NCBI RefSeq assembly: GCF_006345805.1
Contig: NC_043005.1
Location: 13,206,001 to 13,270,000, forward strand
DNA length: 64,000 nt
Direction: 5' to 3'
From: Octopus sinensis
Lineage: Eukaryota
The position numbers were made by a program, and so were the translations under genes. Every line of letters starts with the position of its first letter. Position 1 is the stretch's first letter. The notes beneath the pieces were generated by a model. That model saw only the letters and a list, made by a program, of their open reading frames with translations. It had not been told where the DNA came from and searched no databases. Of the stretch, positions 10,760-23,285 are shown piece by piece.

Positions 10760-11707
10760 TGAGGAGGTACCCCAAAGAGAAATCGGAATTTTGAAATATT
10801 ATTTTATTCTCTTAGTTTTTCATGTTTACACTTTTATCGCCTTCAAAGTAGTCTCCTTTTGAAGCAATGCGTCGGTCTAGGTGCGTTTTCCACTGTTCGA
10901 AGTAGTTCTGAAACTCTTGCGAAGCGATGCCTTTTAACGCCATCATCGTTTTTTAAATTTACTTCTTCCACATCTGCAAGTTCTGTAGCACCAGTTTTCT
11001 TCACCAGTGATGACCTTCGACAGAGGTCCGGATCAACTTCTAGCTTTTCTTTCAGTTCACGACACGCATTCAGATCTTCTGTGAGCTAGCTTTTGATATT
11101 CCGTGAGCTAGCGAGGCACAAATTTTGCTGCAACTCTTTTAATTTGCAATTCCTCGCTCAAAATTCGTTGGCAGGAGTTCCAGGACACACCAGTCATATC
11201 AACAAGTTCGCCAATTGTTTGGTGACGGTCCTTCAAGATCAGTTTATGAATTTTCGTGACGTTTTCATTCGTTCGGAATGTCTCCACCTCCCGAACGAAT
11301 GAAATCAAGAAAATTCACTCTGAACAAGGTTGGTCTTCAAAGCAACAAATGACCATTCCTAAAGCGTGAAAACGACCCTTTAAACTTGGGTTTTGCTCAT
11401 GGCAGCGTCCTTGTAAGCTGTTGGAAGCTTGACAGCTGTTCCGGCTGCCGTTTCCCGCAGCAGAAAACAGAAAATCACGGAAGCACGGTGTTCTTTCGTT
11501 TCAGTCATCGCAAAAATCGACGAACAGAGAAGAAGCATTGCAGAACCAAGACGTATCTCGAGGCAGTACGAGATCACTCGACGACGCCAGCCGATATACT
11601 AATGCCTGAAGGTCGTACAAAGTGGCTTCTTGCGGCCGGCGGAAGCCTGAACTACAACGGGCTTGTTCCACAAAGAACGTTTCCGGTTATTTTTGGTGAC
11701 CTCCTCG
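10760..11707 (-). mobile_element. Internally deleted mariner transposon (second family)
   Basis: TA-flanked TIRs (C/T)GAGGAGGT..CCAAA.A.AA.CGGAA. Transposase fragments EHRASVIFCFLL...AYKDAAMSKTQV and DRHQTI.EL...VAAKFVPR. Confidence 0.9.
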
Positions 11708-11737
11708 TATATGTATGTGTGCATGTGTGTGTATCTG

Positions 11738-11770
<33 letters not shown>

Positions 11771-11806
11771 CTATATATCTATCTATCTATATATATATAT
11801 ATATAT

Positions 11807-12143
11807 GCTGAGACCCCCTTCGGTCATGACTGACCGTGGGATTGCACCTAGAAAGTTAACCTCCCAGGCACAAGTCCGGGCAAGGTTGTTTATGGAAGAC
11901 CAGCAGTCGCCCATGCATACCGGCCTCCCCTCTCCACGCCACTGATGTTATCCAAGGGAAAGACAAAGGTCGATGCAGCTTGGCACCTGTGACGTCGCAA
12001 CTCATTTCTACAGCTGAGTGAACTGGAACAACGTGAAATAAAGTGTCTTGCTCAAGAACACAACACGCAGCCCGGTCTGGGATTCGAACTCACAACCTCA
12101 CGGTCGTAAGCTCGATACTCTAACCATTGAGCCATGCGCCTTC
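11807..12143 (-). mobile_element. tRNA-derived SINE (family C-related head, distinct 3' body)
   Basis: Minus-strand head GAAGGCGCATGGCTCAATGGTTAG...GAGTTCGAATCC followed by TTCTTGAGCAAGACACTTTATTTCACGTTG. Confidence 0.8.
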
Positions 12144-12150
12144 ACACACA

Positions 12151-12181
<31 letters not shown>

Positions 12182-12554
12182 CATATAAGGTAACAGAACA
12201 AAGAGATGACACTGGAAAACTAAATGATGTATCGAACTTCATTAGCTTATAGTTGTTTCTGCTATAGTATGTGGTGGACTCTTGGGTGAGTATCAGGACA
12301 ACATCATTTAGCTTCATCAGAGCCTTGAATATGAAGTGCGCTTTATTTGGGAAAATTATATTTTCAGAACCTATAGGCGTTATGAGTGAGAAAGTTTATG
12401 TTGATGGCTATGGAAAGTTCTATCCGGAAGTAGAAAAAAAGTGTGCAAATATACGCATGCGCTTTAGGTAGAACTAAAAGGGGGAACATATTAGAGATAT
12501 TTTGGTTATTAGTATCGCTATGGCTAAGCGAAATCTACGACAAAGTATAAATAA

Positions 12555-12945
12555 TACTCTTTTACTTTTTTATTTGTTTCTGTAATTTGACAACGGCCAT
12601 GCTGAAGCACCGCCTTTAGTCGAGCAAATCGACCCCAGGACTTATTCTTTGTAAGCCTAGCACTTATTCTATCAGTCTCTTTTGCCGAACCGCTAAGTTA
12701 CGGTGACATAAACACACCAGCATCGGTTGTCAAGCGATGTTGGGGGAGACAAACACACACATACAAATATATATATATACGACGAGCTTCTTTCAGTTTC
12801 CGTCTACCAAATCCACTCACAAGGCTTTGGTCGGCCCGAGGCTATAGTAGAAGACACTTGCCCAAGGTGCCACGCAGTGAGACTGAACCAGGAACCATGT
12901 AGTTGGCAAGCAAGCTACCTACCACACAGTCACTCCTGCGCCTAT
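12555..12945 (-). mobile_element. SINE family A, full length
   Basis: Matches family A. Confidence 0.9.
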
Positions 12946-13915
12946 AATAATGGTCATTATATATTTTTCCATTTCTGTTTCCATATTCCATAATGGCCAT
13001 AATTTATACTTTGTCTTGTATATGACTCAGTGTAAAAACTATTTTGAGTGGATCGCACAACCACGGATTTACAATCTAGAATGGTGATGGGGTCTTTTCT
13101 GTTTGGTTGCCGCTTTTCAGTTCCTTCCATTTTTGTTCCAATTTATTTAATGTGTTGGTGTAGTTTTGTATGATAATCATTTACAAGAAATTCATTTTCG
13201 TTCAAAATCAACAAATAAAGAGTTAATAGCTTTTAAAGTTTGCAAATTTTGGGTAATTTTAGTCAGTTGAAAGCTACAGACGTATCGGTGCCTGTTTCCA
13301 TAATAACAAGCCAAGCTGCTTACCCACGTGGTCATTTTTCGCTTATTAAATGCTTGAAACACATGAGGTATAAGGTAGTCGTGAGATATGTTAAAAATCA
13401 TAGCGAAATAGGCCTTAAATCACGCACCAAATGTTTTTTTTTGCATAATCGTATGAATTCCCGTACAGATTACAAATACGCAAAAATTTTCTGAAAATTC
13501 CAAAAAACAAAGTTATGAAGGGTTTTATGGCGTGCGCAAAACAGAATACCGCTAATATTTAATTCATTTTCGGTTGACAACACGTGCAGTCACGCACAAA
13601 ATGACAGCTTCCAAATCCTGCTTTCTGACAAGGTACAATTATCAAGCTTTAAAATCGCTGGAAAAAGTGAATTAGCTCCTGAGATTCAGCGTGGAAAATT
13701 ACACCAATATGCCAAATTTCAAAATTTTCACTAAACTTTAAAACTTCCACAGGTGCTGCCAAACAAAAAAAAAATACTGGTGATGAATTATAAACTTGGA
13801 CTCTGCCATAAAAATACGTAGAGTTCATTAATAATATAAACAATATTGTTAGCCAGGTGTGCCAACAGAGCTCACGAGGTATTTTCCCTGGATTGACAAT
13901 TCCTTACAAATAACT

Positions 13916-13953
<38 letters not shown>

Positions 13954-14323
13954 CGAGCAAAACGCCCCACGTCCAATGGACGGTGCTGGGTTGTCAAAAA
14001 TTTAAACCAAATTTTCTCAAAACAACTTGTCCGACCGTCCCATAGGCCTCCCCTTTGAGAAACATTGATTTAACCTAAATTTGAGATACCGTGCATTTTT
14101 CTCGCGTACGCGTAGCATCGATCGCAACAGGTGATGTACTTGCGCGTACAAATGCACGTTCCCACGGCTTTATCGATCGCATTCTCACCTGGAATCGATT
14201 TTTGTAATTCTTTCAAGACTTATACCGTCGGTATCTACATATCAAATTTGAGCGCAATCGGATGGAGGATTCCCGAGATCCCAGAAGACAGATAGACAGA
14301 CAGAACGGATTTTACATAATAGA
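13954..14323 (-). mobile_element. Non-autonomous Helitron-like element (family 3)
   Basis: Minus strand starts TCTATTAT and ends in hairpin CGTCCA-T-TGGACG followed by CTCG|T. Partial second copy at ~14775-14873. Confidence 0.6.
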
Positions 14324-14404
14324 TGTGTGTGCGTGTGTTTGTGTATGTGTATGTGTTTGTATGTGTGTGTGTGTGTTTGTGTATGTGTGTGTGTGTGTGT
14401 GTGG

Positions 14405-14433
<29 letters not shown>

Positions 14434-14435
<2 letters not shown>

Positions 14436-14682
14436 GAGGCGCGTGGCTTAGTGGTTAGGGTGCTGGATTCATAGTCGTAAGATAGTGGTTTCGATTCCTG
14501 GACCAGGCGTTGTGTTATGTTCCTGAGCAAAACATTTCATTTCACGCTGCTCTGCTGGTTAAAATGAGTAATCCTGCGGCGGAGCGGCGTCCCGTCCAGT
14601 TGGGGAATTTATACGCCACTGAAACCGGGAAACCGGCCCTTATGAACCTGGCATGGCTTCAGAAGGAAACAATTCAAATTCA

Positions 14683-14713
<31 letters not shown>

Positions 14714-14725
14714 TGTATGTATGTA

Positions 14726-14768
<43 letters not shown>

Positions 14769-15490
14769 TGTGTTTTCAAGACTTATACACACCTTTATGC
14801 CGTCGGTATCTGCATATCAAAATTGAGCGCAATCGGATGGAGAATTCCCAAAATCCCAGAAGGCAGACAGACATCATCATGTATGTATGTATGTATGTAT
14901 GTATGTATGTATGTATGTATGTATGTATGTATGTATGTGTGCGTGTATGTATGTGTGTGTGTGAAGGCGCGTGGCTTGGTGGTTAGGACATTCGGCTTAC
15001 GATTGTAAGGTCGTGAGTTCAATTCCCGGTGACGCGTTGTGTCCTTGAGCAAGACACTTTATTTCACGTTGCTCCAGTCCACTCAGCTGGTAAAAATGAG
15101 TTGTACCTGTATTTCAAAGGGCCGGCCTTGTCACACTCTGCGTCGCGCTGTATCTCCTTGAGAACTAGCTGTTCCGTTGATCGTATCAGCTGGGACCCTC
15201 GTCCTCGTAACCGACGGAGTGCTTTAGTGGAGGCGCAACGACCCAGTGGTTAGAATAGAGTGTTTAATTGAGCGAAAACACCAAAGCTCCACGAGGCTCC
15301 GGCAGGGTGGTGGCGGCGAACCCTGCTGTAATCTTTCACCACAATTTTCTCTCACTCTTTCTGTTGTACCCGTATTTGAAAGGGACAGCCTTGTCACACT
15401 CTACATTAAGGGTACATATGTCTGTGGACAGCCACTTGCACGTTCATTTCACGAGCAGGCTGTTCCGTCGATCGGATCAACTGGAACCCA
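14434..15490 (+). mobile_element. Cluster of three family C-type SINEs (about 14434-14670, 14964-15225, 15229-15490)
   Basis: Three tRNA-like heads GG(A)GGCGC.TGGC..AGTGGTTAG with shared body segments. Confidence 0.8.
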
Positions 15491-15580
15491 TGTGTATGTA
15501 GACCCGCATGAAATTTATGCTATTTACAATGGTGTTTACATCTGTCAATACGTTGATTTATAAACAAATGTACTTATATA

Positions 15581-16064
15581 TCTTTATATATAAAAGTAAG
15601 GTTGTGTGTCTGTCTCCTACGATTTAGATTCCTAACTACTCCCACATTTTGCGGTGCAGTTTAACCAAAACCGGATATCTTATAGTCGTGATTCATATCG
15701 AGCCCTTCTGGGTATTAGCGCGCGTCTACGATGAGTCTACGATTAAAAAAAAAATTACCATCAATTTTCCCCATTTTTAATGCACTTTTGGCATATATAA
15801 GGGAAGTAACTCTCTAAAAATGCTTATATAGTTTTTTTTCATTTTAATGCATTTTTTTCCATTTTAATGCATTTTTCGCTATTATATAAGGGAAGTAACT
15901 CTCTAAAAATGTCTACGATGAGTCAACGATTTAAAAAAATATTTACCATAATTTTTTTTCCCATTTTTAATGCATTTTTTGCTATGTTTTGGCTATAACT
16001 CTCTAAAAATGCTTATGTAGTTATTTCCCTTACAAAGCCGAGCAACGCCGGGCGATACTGCTAG
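15581..16064 (+). mobile_element. Non-autonomous Helitron family 1
   Basis: 5' TC, 3' subterminal hairpin CCGAGCAACGCCGG then CTAG, between A and T with no TSD. Confidence 0.9.
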
Positions 16065-16374
16065 TAGTTCTATAATTCATTAATTCACGTATTTTTTTCT
16101 CTTAAAATCTACCTTCACCGATTCCTTTCCTTTCCCAGAGTCTTCACCTCACTCACAAAGTTCTTTCATATTCTCTCTATCATTCACCCACTCCTTGCGC
16201 CTTTTATTTTATCATGCTGGTCATTTACCCCTCTCTTTTCTAGAGCATTGTATTTCTACCTTACAATTCTCTTTCTTATTCGCGTTGTCTCTTACTCTTT
16301 CTCCCGCCCTGTACTATTTGTTTCCCTGTCTGCTTATTTGACTGCTCGTCTTCACATCACTATTACTGCAGACA

Positions 16375-16777
16375 TCTTTATATATAAAGGTGAGGTTGTG
16401 TGCTGTCTGTCTCCTACGATTTAGATTCCTAACTACTCCCACATTTTGCGGTGCAGTGTAACCAAAAGTGGGTATCTTATAGTCGTAATTCATATCGAGC
16501 CCTTCTGGGTATTAGCGCGCGTCTACGATGAGTCTACGATTTAAAAAAAAATTTACCATAATTTTTTTCCCATTTTAATGCATTTTTTTTCACTATTATA
16601 TAAGGGAAGTAACTCTCTAAAAATGTATCATTAAATCTCAGAACGTAAAAAGCTACAGTAACCCCCCCCCCCCTTGTGGTTAGCCATATTGAGATGGCTA
16701 TTATACTTTACATCTCTAAAAATGCTTATATAGTTATTTCCCTTACAAACCCGAGCAACGCCGGGCGATACTGCTAG
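16375..16777 (+). mobile_element. Non-autonomous Helitron family 1
   Basis: Same TC...CTAG termini and body. Confidence 0.9.
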
Positions 16778-16855
16778 TCTGACTATATATATATTCTACA
16801 TTTGTGGTATAAGAACCAGCGAGGGGTTCTCTACGTGGTCATCTGGCTTGTTATA

Positions 16856-17073
16856 CGAGGGGGTGCTGAAAAGCTCTTGGCTTTAAGGGTGTCGTAAAAG
16901 GCCTGGTTGGAGATCCAACTTTCCGGGTTCCTTCACAGGGCTTAGAAAAAATTGAAGGATCGCTGCAAGAAGTGAGTGGAACTAGGAGAGGAATACATAG
17001 AAAAGAATCTTAATTAACTGATTCTCCTATATATTCTTTTACCCAGAGCCAGGAACTTTTCAGCACCCGGTCG
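16856..17073. mobile_element. mariner-derived MITE
   Basis: TA-flanked TIRs CGA.GGGGTGCTGAAAAG.TC.TGGCT. Confidence 0.8.
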
Positions 17074-17419
17074 TAAATTGTAGTGAAATCTACAAATGGT
17101 ACTGAACAGTCTTTAAAAGAGATACGTTGGATACGTGATCCTAAGTTCTCTGGACACACAGAAAAGGTGAGATAGTAATAGCGTGGCTACTTTTGCACAG
17201 AAGACTTCAGTCGGGACGGGACTGACCCCGATGTTAAACAACAATACCCTGGCATGTGTATGTATATAAGTATAAGTATAAGTATATCAATTTGTGTGTT
17301 GTGTGTGTGTGTGTGGTGTGTGTGTATAGTTCAAATTTACAACAAAAAATAAAGATGAAGACAGGTGAAAGAACAACAAGCAGGTGTATTAGTTTAACGC
17401 TCGGGAAGAATGGGAAACT

Positions 17420-17456
17420 CTTTGAGGTTTCAAGCCTACGCTCTTCGACAGAAAAG
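17420..17456 (-). ncRNA. Degenerate hammerhead-variant motif in a Penelope-like fragment
   Basis: CTTTT-CTGTCGA-aGAGCGTAGGCTT-GAAA-CCTC-AAAG; same family as 27989-28024. Confidence 0.45.
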
Positions 17457-17663
17457 ACTGAGATGAGGGGGAAAACCCCCAGAAAAAATGTGTAAGGTTA
17501 ACGGTTCAACATGATGAAATGGCCGGAAAAAAGAGGCTGAGTGAAAGGGAGGTGATGACGGTCATCCGGGCGAACTAAGGTGCGCTAGCGCGTGTGTGTA
17601 TGTGGTAATGGTGTGTGTGAGTGTGTATGTGGGAACAGGCGCATGTATGTGTGTGTGTGTGTG

Positions 17664-17667
17664 TAGA

Positions 17668-17703
<36 letters not shown>

Positions 17704-17735
17704 TAGATAGATAGATAGATAGATAGATAGGTAGG

Positions 17736-17782
<47 letters not shown>

Positions 17783-17791
17783 GTAGGTAGG

Positions 17792-17845
<54 letters not shown>

Positions 17846-17912
17846 TAGAAGGTAGGTAGGTAGGTAGGTAGGTAGATAGATAGGTAGGTAGTAGGTAGGT
17901 AGATAGATAGAT

Positions 17913-17961
<49 letters not shown>

Positions 17962-18016
17962 TAGGTAGGTAGGTAGGTAGGTAGGTAGGTAGATAGATAG
18001 ATAGATAGATAGATAG

Positions 18017-18066
<50 letters not shown>

Positions 18067-18086
18067 GTAGGTAGGTAGTAGGTAGG

Positions 18087-18168
<82 letters not shown>

Positions 18169-18170
18169 TA
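17664..18170. repeat. (GATA)n/(GGTA)n compound microsatellite
   Basis: Directly visible, about 500 bp. Confidence 0.98.
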
Positions 18171-18450
18171 GTGCGCGTGTATGTGTATGTGTGTGCTTAA
18201 TAATTTCCCTATGACACTGAAGCAAAAAACGCTTCTAAAATTACCAAGTATGCCCTCATCACCTTCGATTGTATCTTGTTAATGTTGAGTTACTGTATCG
18301 ATTACTCGTAGATTATATATAAAATAATAGTAGCATCCTCAGTATATGAATTTTGAAACCGAAATTTTACCTCAAGTTTCAATAAACCAAACACACAGAC
18401 ATAAAAGAATACCCCAATTATCTCAGATAATTTTATTATAGTTCATGAAA

Positions 18451-18615
18451 GGCGCAGGAGTGGCTGTGTGGTAAGTAGCTTGCTTACCAAACCACATGGT
18501 TCCGGGTTCAGTCCCACTGCGTGGCGCCTTGGGCAAGTGTCTTCTACTATAGCCTCGGGTCGACCAAAGCCTTTGTGAGTGGATTTGGTAGACGGAAACT
18601 GAAGAAGCCTTCGTA
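18451..18615 (+). mobile_element. SINE family A 5' half
   Basis: Head through to the central microsatellite. Confidence 0.9.
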
Positions 18616-18639
18616 TATATGTATATATATATAATATAT

Positions 18640-18700
<61 letters not shown>

Positions 18701-18707
<7 letters not shown>

Positions 18708-18921
18708 AACTTATAAATAAGGGCAAACGAAAAATTTCTAATGCCAAATATGCCGAAATTAGACACCCTGTCCATAACCATATAATTTTTTACAATACGC
18801 GCACGTATTTTCACAATACGTGCGTATTGTGAAAAATATATGGTTATGGACAAGGTGTCTAATTTCGGTATATTTAGCATTAGAAATTTTTTCGTTTGCC
18901 TTTATTTATAAGTTGTTTATA
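18701..18921. repeat. Near-perfect ~220-bp palindrome beside (TA)n
   Basis: 18701-~18800 is the reverse complement of ~18822-18921. Confidence 0.9.
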
Positions 18922-19038
18922 AATTTAACCTTTAAAGGTATTTTTTAATATGCTGGCCATTGATAAATTTTTTTTCGAAAAAATTTTATCCTACATTAAT
19001 ATATATATGTGTGTGTCTATGTAGTATGCATATATATA

Positions 19039-19073
<35 letters not shown>

Positions 19074-19219
19074 TTAAGTAATTGAGATTCTAGTGAATTC
19101 TAAAGAATTCACATGAATATGGTCCTTAACTAGGATGCACCGGATATCTATTTGGTGTTAGCCATACGACAAGTGGGGTGATTATAAAAGGAAAAAAGCA
19201 ACAAGAATGGATTAAAATC

Positions 19220-19303
19220 TCGGTACGATCGTTTCGTACGAGGACATCTTTAATAAGCTACAAAAAATGCAGTGAATACAGATGGCTCGTACTCGTCAGC
19301 CGA
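19220..19303 (-). ncRNA. Type I hammerhead ribozyme
   Basis: Inverted copy of 20277-20360 with an intact core. Confidence 0.85.
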
Positions 19304-20276
19304 AAAAATATCAGAGAATTCCCAAACATCAAAAGGGGTAGATATAAAAGAGGTTGTAGGATTAACTGCATTGAAGAAAGTTCGATTCATGGAGATCCGA
19401 TGAAAGGTTTTAAACCTATAGAATTTATGCATGTCTACATATAGTTCATATTGAATCTTTGATCAAGTTGTGTGGAAGAAATTTTCGGATACAATCATGC
19501 AAATTTCTGAAAATCCGAGTAAGAGGCAAAGTGACTGCCACACCATGTAGAGGGAAAGTCTGAGTAAAAACATAATGACTGTCATGTCGTGTAGAAGACA
19601 GATTGTTATTGAAATTAACAAGAATCGCGATAGTTCGATTTTTTTTGAGATCTGATGAAAAAGTCTTGAACTTACAAAATTTGGTGTATGTCCTTATAGT
19701 CGTAATCCAGTTTTGTGGAGGGATTAAGGTACAATCATGCGAAAATATCAGGGAGTCCGAATTAGAAGCAAAAATGACAGCCTTATATTGTAGTGGTTCA
19801 GGTAGTTAATGAAATATTCAAGAATCACAGAAAGAGGAGGAAGGGGGTAGGATTTAATCAGTTACTGCTATTTAAGCTGTCAAAGAGAAAGGAAAGGGGA
19901 AGCTAAGGGGATGGGCACAAATTTGATACTAACAAAAAAGTCTAAGTTTGTTTGGAACAGATTCGAACTGAGGTAAACAATTTATTTCTTTATTCATAAA
20001 TGTTACTATAAGTCTTTTACTCAGACTTTCCTCTACATGGTGTGGCAGTCACTTTGCCTCTTACTCGGATTTTCAGAAATTTTGCATGGATGTATCCGAA
20101 AATTTCTTCATACAACTTGATCAAATATCCAATATGAGCTATATGTAGACATGCATAATTCTATAGGTTTAAACCTTTCATCAGATCTCCATGAATCGAA
20201 CTTTCTTCAATGCAGTTAATCCTACAACCTCTTTGTATCTACCCCTTTTGATGTTTGGGAATTCTCTGATATTTTT

Positions 20277-20360
20277 TCGGCTGACGAGTACGAGCCATCT
20301 GTATTCACTGCATTTTTTGTAGCTTATTAAAGATGTCCTCGTACGAAACGATCGTACCGA
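20277..20360 (+). ncRNA. Type I hammerhead ribozyme
   Basis: TCGG-CTGACGA-GTACGAG(long stem II)CTCGTAC-GAAA-C-GATC-G-TA-CCGA: canonical core, palindromic loop III, GUA site. Confidence 0.88.
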
Positions 20361-20412
20361 GATTTTAATCCATTCTTGTTGCTTTTTTCCTATTTATAAT
20401 ATATATATATAT

Positions 20413-20448
<36 letters not shown>

Positions 20449-20609
20449 AACTATATAAACTCGGCCAAATTCAACAGATTCTTGAAATCCGCCTGATATT
20501 TCATTGATGTAAGAGGTGATTTGTTTGCACAGGCTTAGAATGGAAAAGGCTTCTTGAATAAATGGTATTCTAACGGAAATACTCAAACTGAAGAAAGAGG
20601 ACACCGCTA

Positions 20610-20980
20610 TTATTACCTCCGCCTTAGCGAAGCAGAGGTGTTATTTCCAGTCGTGTTTGTTTGTCTGTTTGTCCATAGACAAGATACCTCAAGAACCGCT
20701 GGATGAATTCGGATGAAACTTTCAGAGATGTTTGGCCTCGTGGCTGACACGAACTGATTAGATTTGGGGTTCGATCCGGTACTGGACAAGGATTCTGCGT
20801 TATTTCTCCAGTTGTTTTATTTAATTCTTGAGAGCGTCGAGTTCACTTTTAGTATTCTCGTTTGTGAGAGCAATCGAGTTTATTTCAGAAATACACATTT
20901 TAAAAATCCTCTCTGGCTAATCGTTGAGAAGATGTTGGCGTTGCCTTGGCGGAAGTTTGCGCACTCTGAGTGCTCTTGTT
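20610..20980 (+). mobile_element. Helentron-associated non-autonomous element (HINE/DINE-1-like)
   Basis: 5' ACCTCCGCC inverted with 3' GGCGGAAGT, internal GTTT/GTCT microsatellite, 3' hairpin GCACTCTGAGTGC, T-rich ends. Confidence 0.75.
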
Positions 20981-21329
20981 TTATATATAGTTTGTGAGTA
21001 ACCCAAGATTGGCGAGATACGATAGAATGTGATAAGGACATACTTGGTAACTCTCGAAGTGTTTCTTGCCTCAGTGTTATAGGGTAAATATTAAGCAGAG
21101 TTCTTTCTCTCTCTCTCTCTTTTTTTTTTATTTTTTGATAGGCTGACTCAACATATTGTTATGTCTCTTTTCTTCCAAGTTTTGGTAAAGTTCTCGCACT
21201 GGTTGAGGAACCTATACGGGAGAAATACATTGAGTAAAGGCTTGCTCATATTATTTCACTGATCTCCACTTAAGGCTAGTGACTCAGTGAATCCCTAATA
21301 CGTTTGAGTCGGTTCTAAAGAAAAAAAAT

Positions 21330-21737
21330 TCTTTTACTCTTTTTCATATTTCAGTCATATGACTGCGGCCATGCTGGAGCACCTCCTCTTCGTCGAAGAA
21401 ATCGACCCCAGGACTTATTCTTTTTAAGCCTAGCACTTATTCTATCTGTCTCTTTTGTCGAACCGCTAAGTTACGGGGACCTAAACGCACCAACGTTGGT
21501 TGTCAAGCGATGGTGGTGGTGGTGGTTGTGGTGGTGGGGACAAACACGGACACAACGACACACACACACACACATATATACGACAGGCTTCTTTCAGTTT
21601 CCGTCTACCAAATTCCCTCACGAGGCTTTGGTGGACATGAGGCTTGCCAAAGTAGAAGACGCTTGCCAAAGGTGCCACACAGTGAGACTGAACCTGGAAT
21701 CATGTGGTTGGGAAGCAAGCTTCTTACCACACACCCA
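21330..21737 (-). mobile_element. SINE family A (diverged)
   Basis: Matches family A. Confidence 0.85.
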
Positions 21738-22019
21738 CGTTGTGTTTGCGTTAATTTACAAATATTAACAAGTCTTTTTAATTTGATTTGTTAATGCTTG
21801 TTTGAAGCGCTGGAGAGGTCCCAGACTCATTTTTCCGTCTGTAATTATATGTAAAACAGAATGATGCAGCGACCCTTAATTATTAGTCGTCTACTTTACA
21901 ACAGTTTCTTTTTCAATCGCTTTCAAAGACTGACCACTTTGAGAATATTTATTTATATACGCTCATTCACAGCTTGTGCGTCATTCAATCTTAAATGATT
22001 CAATTCTAACCCACACACT

Positions 22020-22320
22020 TGTGTATCTCCAATAACAGACCTCTTATATGCTGAAAATTGATATTATGACTCCTAATGAAACGGATCTTCAAACTAATGG
22101 ATACAATTTTATTTGCTCTTAACATATTAAGCCTTTCAATAATTCTTGATAAAATTGTTTTAATCAGACCTGTCTTGGAGAGCTCCCTGTGGATCCTTAA
22201 AAATGTATGGTAAAATTTCGGAAAAACAGGCATTCCTTCAAATATCTTGTCGCCATGTCAATCAAGGATGCGATTCAAGAGGGAGACATTGTAAATAGAA
22301 TTCTGAAATCATGGTTATCA
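22020..22320 (+). pseudogene. Ancient RTE-clade reverse transcriptase remnant
   Basis: Frameshifted translation ITDLLYAE..DIM..NETDLQ-LMD...LSI.LDK and FKYL...DIVNRI, resembling the DLLYADD region. Confidence 0.6.
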
Positions 22321-22369
22321 CGTGAAAAATTTGTACTATGAATGATATATAAAAGAATTTATATTAAAA

Positions 22370-22760
22370 CTAGCTGTATCGCCCGGCGTTGCTCGGGTTT
22401 ATAAGGGAAATAACTATATAAGCATTTTTAGAGAGTTATTGCCAAAAATAGCAAATGCATTAAAAATGGAAAAAAAATGATGGCAAATTTTTTTTAAAAT
22501 TGTTGACTCATCGTAGACATTTTTAGAGAGTTACTTCCCTTATATAATAGTGAAAAAAATGCATTAAAATGGGAAAAATGATGGTAAATTTTTTTAAATC
22601 GTAGACTCATCGTAGACGCGCGCTAATACCCAGAAGGGCTCGATATGAATCACGGCTATAAGATACCCGCTTTTGGTTACACTGCACCGCAAAATGTGGG
22701 AGTAGTTAGGAATCTAAATCGTAGGAGACAGACACACAACCATACTTTTATATATAAAGA
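22370..22760 (-). mobile_element. Non-autonomous Helitron family 1
   Basis: Reverse-complement TC...CTAG copy. Confidence 0.9.
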
Positions 22761-22934
22761 TATACGCTTAAAACATGCATTTTATCTGATTGGCCGAGAA
22801 ACCTGGAAATAATGTTAAAAACATATAGGACGGAGAATTTTCTCCAAAAGCGCCTGAGACACATTTTGATTATACTTTTGAGAGACTATAAAAATGAAGT
22901 TGAAATTCTAGAGCTTGTCGATGATGTGCACGTA

Positions 22935-23254
22935 CAGTAATCTCTCGACTATCGCGGGTGTTACGTTCCAAAACCTTCTGCGATAGGTGAAAATCAGCGA
23001 AGTAGAAACAGTATTGTACTGTGTAATTTTTAAAAATTATTTTATAATTTGTATATATTTATTTTATCATAGGCGTAGGGGTGGCTGTGTGGTAAGTAGC
23101 TTGCTTACGAACCACATGGTTCCGAGTACAGTCCCACTGCGTGGCACCTTGGGCAAGTGTCTTCTAATATATCCTCGGGCCAAAGCCTTGTGAATTGATT
23201 TGGTAGATGGAAACTGAAAGAAGCTCGTCGTATGTATGTATGTATGTATGTATG

Positions 23255-23285
<31 letters not shown>

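Larger units (their letters stand above)
19181..20400. mobile_element. Penelope-like non-coding element with ~390-bp inverted terminal repeats
   Basis: 19181-19570 is the reverse complement of 20014-20400; each arm holds a hammerhead; (TA)n lies nearby on both sides. Confidence 0.8.

Noticed and set aside
12267-12345. CUB-like CGGLL...NMKC peptide or 18-nt microexon (TAG|...|GTGAGT)
   Set aside because: Needs a frameshift, has an in-frame stop and has no supporting neighbouring exons.
17575-18225. 216-aa ORF and other YIYI/HTHT/CVCV/poly-S ORFs
   Set aside because: Pure microsatellite translations.
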